Assembly (NCBI GenBank): GCA_963667845.2
Contig: CAXXVL010000001.1
Location: 864,001 to 928,000 of the forward strand
Source of the DNA: Smithellaceae bacterium
Lineage (GTDB): Bacteria; Desulfobacterota; Syntrophia; Syntrophales; Smithellaceae
DNA length: 64,000 nt
Reading direction: 5' to 3'
A program made the translations under genes and the position numbers. Numbering within the stretch: position 1 is the first letter of the stretch; every line of letters begins with the position of its first letter. Shown here one piece after another: positions 61,001-64,000 of this stretch. Below the pieces are notes generated by a model that was not told the DNA's origin, searched no databases, and saw only the letters and a program-made list of their open reading frames with translations.

Positions 61001-62646
61001 TCCGCATGGATGAAATTTGTGAGAAGATCCGAAAACGGCAAATAGCCGAATGCGAGGCCATTCTGGTCTCCACCATCAATGTTAAGAATTTTCCGGCGGC
61101 CGAAACGCTTTTAGACGAGCTCGGCAAACTCGATGAAATAAAAGTCGAGGAGTATCGTCAGAAGCTTGCCGCTATGGAAGAGAAAAAACTGGAGGATACG
61201 CTAAGCGCCAAAGATCCGGATGCAGCCGAGAAGCTGCTTGGTGAATTTGCGCTGTTGGAGAAGAAGATAAGACGGACGTTTGCGAAGAGAATCGATGATC
61301 TCCGGGAGGACATCAAAAAAGATAAGGAATTTATAGAATTAATTGAAAATCTGAACGCAGAGATCGCTGAAAGAAGAATAGATCGTGCCGAAAAGCTTCT
61401 GAAGAAACTTGCCGAAATCGATAGTGAAAGGTCACAGGATTACAAAATCAGACTGGTGGCGCTGAAAAAGGAGGAGGAAATCGCAAGACTTGTCAGTCGG
61501 CTGGAAACGTCGCTGGCCAGCGAAAACGTGCTTGAAGCTCACGAATTGAAGGAAGAGCTAGCGCAATTGGATTGGGAAAAGGCGCAACAATATACCAATC
61601 GTCTGGAGGAACTCAGGGAAAAAGCCAGAGCGGAAGAAATGGCCGCATGTGAAACCAATCTTCTGCAAGCGCTGGACAAGGAAGACCTCGCGGCGGCGAA
61701 GAATTACCTCATTAAACTGTCAGGGCTTGACGAGTCCCAAGGACAAACCTACCGGATGCGGATTGCCGATCTGGAGGAAAAACAAAAAAGACAATTGTTG
61801 GCAGCGGCGGGTCAAAGTGTTGAAGAGGCGCTCTCAAAGAAAAAGACGGAACTTGCCCGAAATCTGCTTCAGGGCATAGCGCAAATGGATGAAGAGGTAT
61901 ATCAATATTACGATAAGATGATTTCCGGCCGTGAAGCGCTGCAAAAAAATGAAAAGATTACAATGATGCTTCTGGTTGCATTTGTTGCCTGTGCTCTTGC
62001 CGCAACCCTGATTTCTTACATAGCGGGACCAATTGGCAAAGCTTCGCCACGGCAGGACGCTTCCCCGCCTAAACTTGAAGCGCCTAAAGCGCCTGAAGCA
62101 GCGCCGTCGTATCCGCCGAATACGTCCATATTAGCGGTCAGGGAGCTGGAAAATAAGGCGCTGGCTTCATATCAAGCCGGTAAGTATTTTGATGCCATTG
62201 GATATGCAGAAGATGCGACACGTGAAGATGCCGGCAGCGTGGACGCCATGAAGGTGCTGGGGGCTGCGCTGGCCGTGACCGCAAAGAGAAATGAGGCCGT
62301 GCAATGGTTTGAGAAGATTCAGGAGATCAAACCCGATGATCAGAATGCCAAGGAATGGCTGGCGAAATTAAAGGCCGAATTGGCGCAGGCCAGGAAGCTG
62401 GAGGACAAAGCCCTATCGGCATACCGGAGCAGGAACTACAATATGGCAATTGGTTATGCGGCAAAGGCGCTCGAACTCACGCCGGACAGCATTGACGCCA
62501 TGAAGGTTACGGGAGCATCCCATGCGGCGCTGGACCAAAAAGATGCGGCGCGGAAATGGTTCGAAAAAGCGCTGGAATTGCACCCCGATGATGCCAATGC
62601 AAAGGAATGGCTGTTAAAGCTGCCGGTACCCGCTCCGGCGAAATGA
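58003..62646 (+). CDS. Zn-ribbon - Ser/Thr kinase (HWD) - PEGA-like - helical repeats - TM - TPR protein (1547 aa)
   Basis: N-terminal ~520 aa paralogous to 51732-54263; GRGGMG, ALK, HWDIKPSN, DFG; repeated L..AL....A..L...L..LD helices; TM MMLLVAFVACALAATLISYIA; duplicated TPR block. Confidence 0.88.
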   Translation: MKQCPFCKEEIKDEAIKCRHCGSILNEPMAEGQSSNAAANPFLSSEPDPFDMNDGRITQTNLDAGMKIGDRYLIRFRLGRGGMGIVCLTEDTQLNGARRALKILPDKLAEDVNQVNRLKEEASLAMELNHPGIVRLYNYENSGTIHYLIMEYVNGIDLNTYIGVKKKVSEPEARRIGIEIAEALRIPHRHKPAVIHWDIKPSNILLEWPDLDVEPIKRKKISEIRGEDIPEISEARIKLADFGLARQVRDSMSRLGLMENTSGTLLYMSPEQIRGKGIDTRTDLYSLGATLYELLSGNPPFVGPTARYQILEEAPEPIDGISEEINAIILRLLEKDKEKRFQSAEELLACLRGEDISILSPAKKRSPSIERIMDAGAVLGGDGYLAVRASENCSIWIDGIWVGETKDRPIVFKDIRSGRHKIEGRTRYRRALEEVDFKTKDVKRLNLTLQDVLCDLRAMSDGIDYELTLDGKSHECPKLIEQIPAGQKKITIKVGECLFEDQIEILPDAATDYELTREHLDAEIKMQRILETENKLKDALMKRDPQLAAKLQQELATDGGDLAGNYSEKINTLKGEIDRERAIAGTTLELDRLLDQGKLSGADGLIKKLAGLDIRKQRDYVAKVESLKKQQAIADMSGKLEACLQSGKIEEARELNKNLSGLDRKKTNIYSQKINKLAEEIRLREVESRTEKFERALDKEKFIDAEELVRELAALDEYKARLYQARLIAAEERKIEQALGDRNPDTAGKLVEEFTALDKQETDTFKQKIDNLREDIKRKEEEEKKRKAIAKLTIKLDRMLSDEGPDKTEGLMAELTELDADISHAYQKQIALLRNKIKAAALVKSIEKALKNKNIEEADEYCCELKAIDASQYALCSSKADSLRYALKKEAEERRKKEEFARLAASLERALSEMKIADAETVCGRLEILNGKDGAAFREKINGIKNKLRKEAEEKQRQENIADLEEQLTELLAAEKVEEAREVNSRLMNLDPAKAESFSIRMDEICEKIRKRQIAECEAILVSTINVKNFPAAETLLDELGKLDEIKVEEYRQKLAAMEEKKLEDTLSAKDPDAAEKLLGEFALLEKKIRRTFAKRIDDLREDIKKDKEFIELIENLNAEIAERRIDRAEKLLKKLAEIDSERSQDYKIRLVALKKEEEIARLVSRLETSLASENVLEAHELKEELAQLDWEKAQQYTNRLEELREKARAEEMAACETNLLQALDKEDLAAAKNYLIKLSGLDESQGQTYRMRIADLEEKQKRQLLAAAGQSVEEALSKKKTELARNLLQGIAQMDEEVYQYYDKMISGREALQKNEKITMMLLVAFVACALAATLISYIAGPIGKASPRQDASPPKLEAPKAPEAAPSYPPNTSILAVRELENKALASYQAGKYFDAIGYAEDATREDAGSVDAMKVLGAALAVTAKRNEAVQWFEKIQEIKPDDQNAKEWLAKLKAELAQARKLEDKALSAYRSRNYNMAIGYAAKALELTPDSIDAMKVTGASHAALDQKDAARKWFEKALELHPDDANAKEWLLKLPVPAPAK

Positions 62647-62670
62647 ACGTCAGACCTTTTTTGTTTGCCC

Positions 62671-62703
62671 GGTTCAATCTTGCAGATGGGACCGAAGTGT
62701 TTC
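62671..62703 (+). repeat. 33-bp hairpin-containing repeat, copy 1
   Basis: ggttcaatcttgcagatgggaccgaagtgtttc; 30 of 33 identical to 63936-63968. Confidence 0.75.
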
Positions 62704-62771
62704 GACTTAGCATACATAGTTGCTCTGGCGTTCATTTAAAGATGGAATAATATGCAAGAGGTAAAAGTGTC

Positions 62772-63722
62772 ATGAATAAAGCTTATTGCCTGTACCGAAT
62801 GCTAATTTTCGTGCTGTTCATATTAGTCGGGATTCCGTCTATTTATGCCGCGCAGCCGCAAAGCCGTTTCGACATCAGACCGCCTGAAAATAAGGAAGAA
62901 AGCAACAAGCCAATAAAGAAGATAGAGAAAATAGAAAAACCGACGACGTCAACCAAGTCAAAGAAAGAATCAGCGGCGAAACCAGCGAAATTAAAAGATT
63001 CAGATCAATCCACCTCAAAAACTGCCCAGACTGTAAATCTGGGATGCTTCACTAGCCCTACGTTAAAGGCAAAATTTGTTTTGATTCCTGCCGGGCGATT
63101 TATGATGGGATCGCCGTCGGGTGAGCCTGGGCGATTTAATAACGAAGCGCAGCATCAGGTGACCATCAGTAAATCGTTTTACATGCAGACGACGGAAGTG
63201 ACGCAGGGGCAGTGGGAAGCAATCATGAGAGATAATCCTTCACACTTCACGGAGGATGATGAATTACCTGTCGAGAATGTATCCTGGGAAGATGTTCAGA
63301 ACTTCATTAAGAAATTAAATCAGAAAGAAGGGACGGACAAATACCGGTTGCCCACGGAAGCGGAGTGGGAATATGCGGCAAGAGCGGGGACGACAGATGC
63401 CCGATACGGAGAACTGGATGAGATTGCCTGGTACGATGAAAACTCGGAGGATCAAACCCATCCGGTAGGCGAAAAAGAGCCGAACACGTGGGGCTTATAT
63501 GACATGCTGGGGAATGTCTGGGAGTGGTGTTCAGACTGGTATGGGGATTATCCACGCTGTCCTGTTACCGACCCGAAAGGTCCGTCAACAGGCATCCACC
63601 GAGTGGGTCGCGGCGGCAGCTGGGACGCCGACGCCAGAGGTTGCCGCGCGGTGGTTCGCGGCAGCAGCACACGGGACGGCCGCGACGGCCACTTGGGCTT
63701 TCGCCTCGCCAGGACACTTTAG
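62772..63722 (+). CDS. Exported FGE-sulfatase (C-type lectin fold) domain protein; candidate DGR target
   Basis: Signal peptide, Lys/Ser/Thr-rich linker, RLPTEAEWEYAAR, GLYDMLGNVWEW, RGGSW, GFRLARTL. Confidence 0.9.
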   Translation: MNKAYCLYRMLIFVLFILVGIPSIYAAQPQSRFDIRPPENKEESNKPIKKIEKIEKPTTSTKSKKESAAKPAKLKDSDQSTSKTAQTVNLGCFTSPTLKAKFVLIPAGRFMMGSPSGEPGRFNNEAQHQVTISKSFYMQTTEVTQGQWEAIMRDNPSHFTEDDELPVENVSWEDVQNFIKKLNQKEGTDKYRLPTEAEWEYAARAGTTDARYGELDEIAWYDENSEDQTHPVGEKEPNTWGLYDMLGNVWEWCSDWYGDYPRCPVTDPKGPSTGIHRVGRGGSWDADARGCRAVVRGSSTRDGRDGHLGFRLARTL

Positions 63723-63935
63723 ATTTTGGTTTTTTACCTTTTCACCTTTTGGCGGGAGTGACCATTGGAGAACAAAGCAAGCACACAGGAGGGCTCCGTT
63801 GGGTAAGCTGTCCTGTGGGCGGGCGCTGCACGAAAGGGAAAAAAGGGGGTATGAGGGCATTGCCCCCATCGGCGATAAAAAGGCAATCCCCCTTTTTTAA
63901 GGGAGGATTCAGTGGGATTGGAAAGGCCTTTGGCG

Positions 63936-63968
63936 GGTTCAATCTTGCAGATTGAACTGAAGTGTTTC
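63936..63968 (+). repeat. 33-bp hairpin-containing repeat, copy 2
   Basis: ggttcaatcttgcagattgaactgaagtgtttc; perfect gttcaatct-tgc-agattgaac hairpin. Confidence 0.75.
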
Positions 63969-64000
63969 AAAACAACCAGCATGTTTGCTCAAGCGTTAGG

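Larger units (their letters stand above)
44635..64000. mobile_element. Putative integrated element / genomic island (right end outside window)
   Basis: att-like scar, visibly AT-richer sequence from ~44.7 to ~51.6 kb, phage packaging genes and accessory cargo; no integrase seen in window. Confidence 0.55.

Noticed and set aside
62671..63968. Integron attC sites or CRISPR repeats
   Set aside because: Core order is GTT...AAC rather than RYYYAAC...GTTRRRY, there is no integron integrase, and only two copies 1.26 kb apart with no spacer array or cas genes.
44635..64000. Complete DGR cassette (RT, avd, template repeat) inside the window
   Set aside because: No ORF with RT motifs (YxDD in RT context) and no AAC-rich non-coding copy of either variable region was seen; only target-like features are present.

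Overview
Bacterial chromosomal window that looks like an anaerobic, fatty-acid-degrading deltaproteobacterium (Syntrophales/Smithella-like; inferred from gene content only). Positions 1-44.6 kb are mostly core and metabolic genes: split purine biosynthesis (PurO-like IMP cyclohydrolase plus standalone AICAR formyltransferase), PBP1A, an archaeal-looking PurD, two CNNM/CorC proteins, a frameshifted GlmU N-domain, dusB, zapB-zapA-6S RNA-rny-ymdB-tyrS, acyl-CoA and redox enzymes with a TetR regulator, a HAMP-adenylate cyclase-PilZ protein, a NorQ/CbbQ ATPase with a giant repeat-expanded NorD/CbbO-like VWA partner, and serA. At about 44.64 kb a tRNA/tmRNA-like 3' fragment with its terminator marks a probable island boundary. 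Beyond it lies a packaging mini-module (ParB-DNA methylase, TerS-like, TerL; no portal or capsid seen) and a ~15 kb co-directional signalling cluster: FhaA-like, Zn-ribbon/double-FHA, Zn-ribbon-Ser/Thr kinase-FGE(CLec), CsgG-like, Zn-ribbon-SPFH, Zn-ribbon-kinase-helical repeats-TM-TPR, and a secreted FGE(CLec) protein. Both FGE/CLec genes end in sequence with the hallmarks of diversity-generating retroelement (DGR) variable regions, but no RT or template repeat was seen in the window. This possibly hypervariable kinase-FHA-SPFH cluster is the best candidate for an undescribed system. All calls are from motif recognition by eye; no searches were run.
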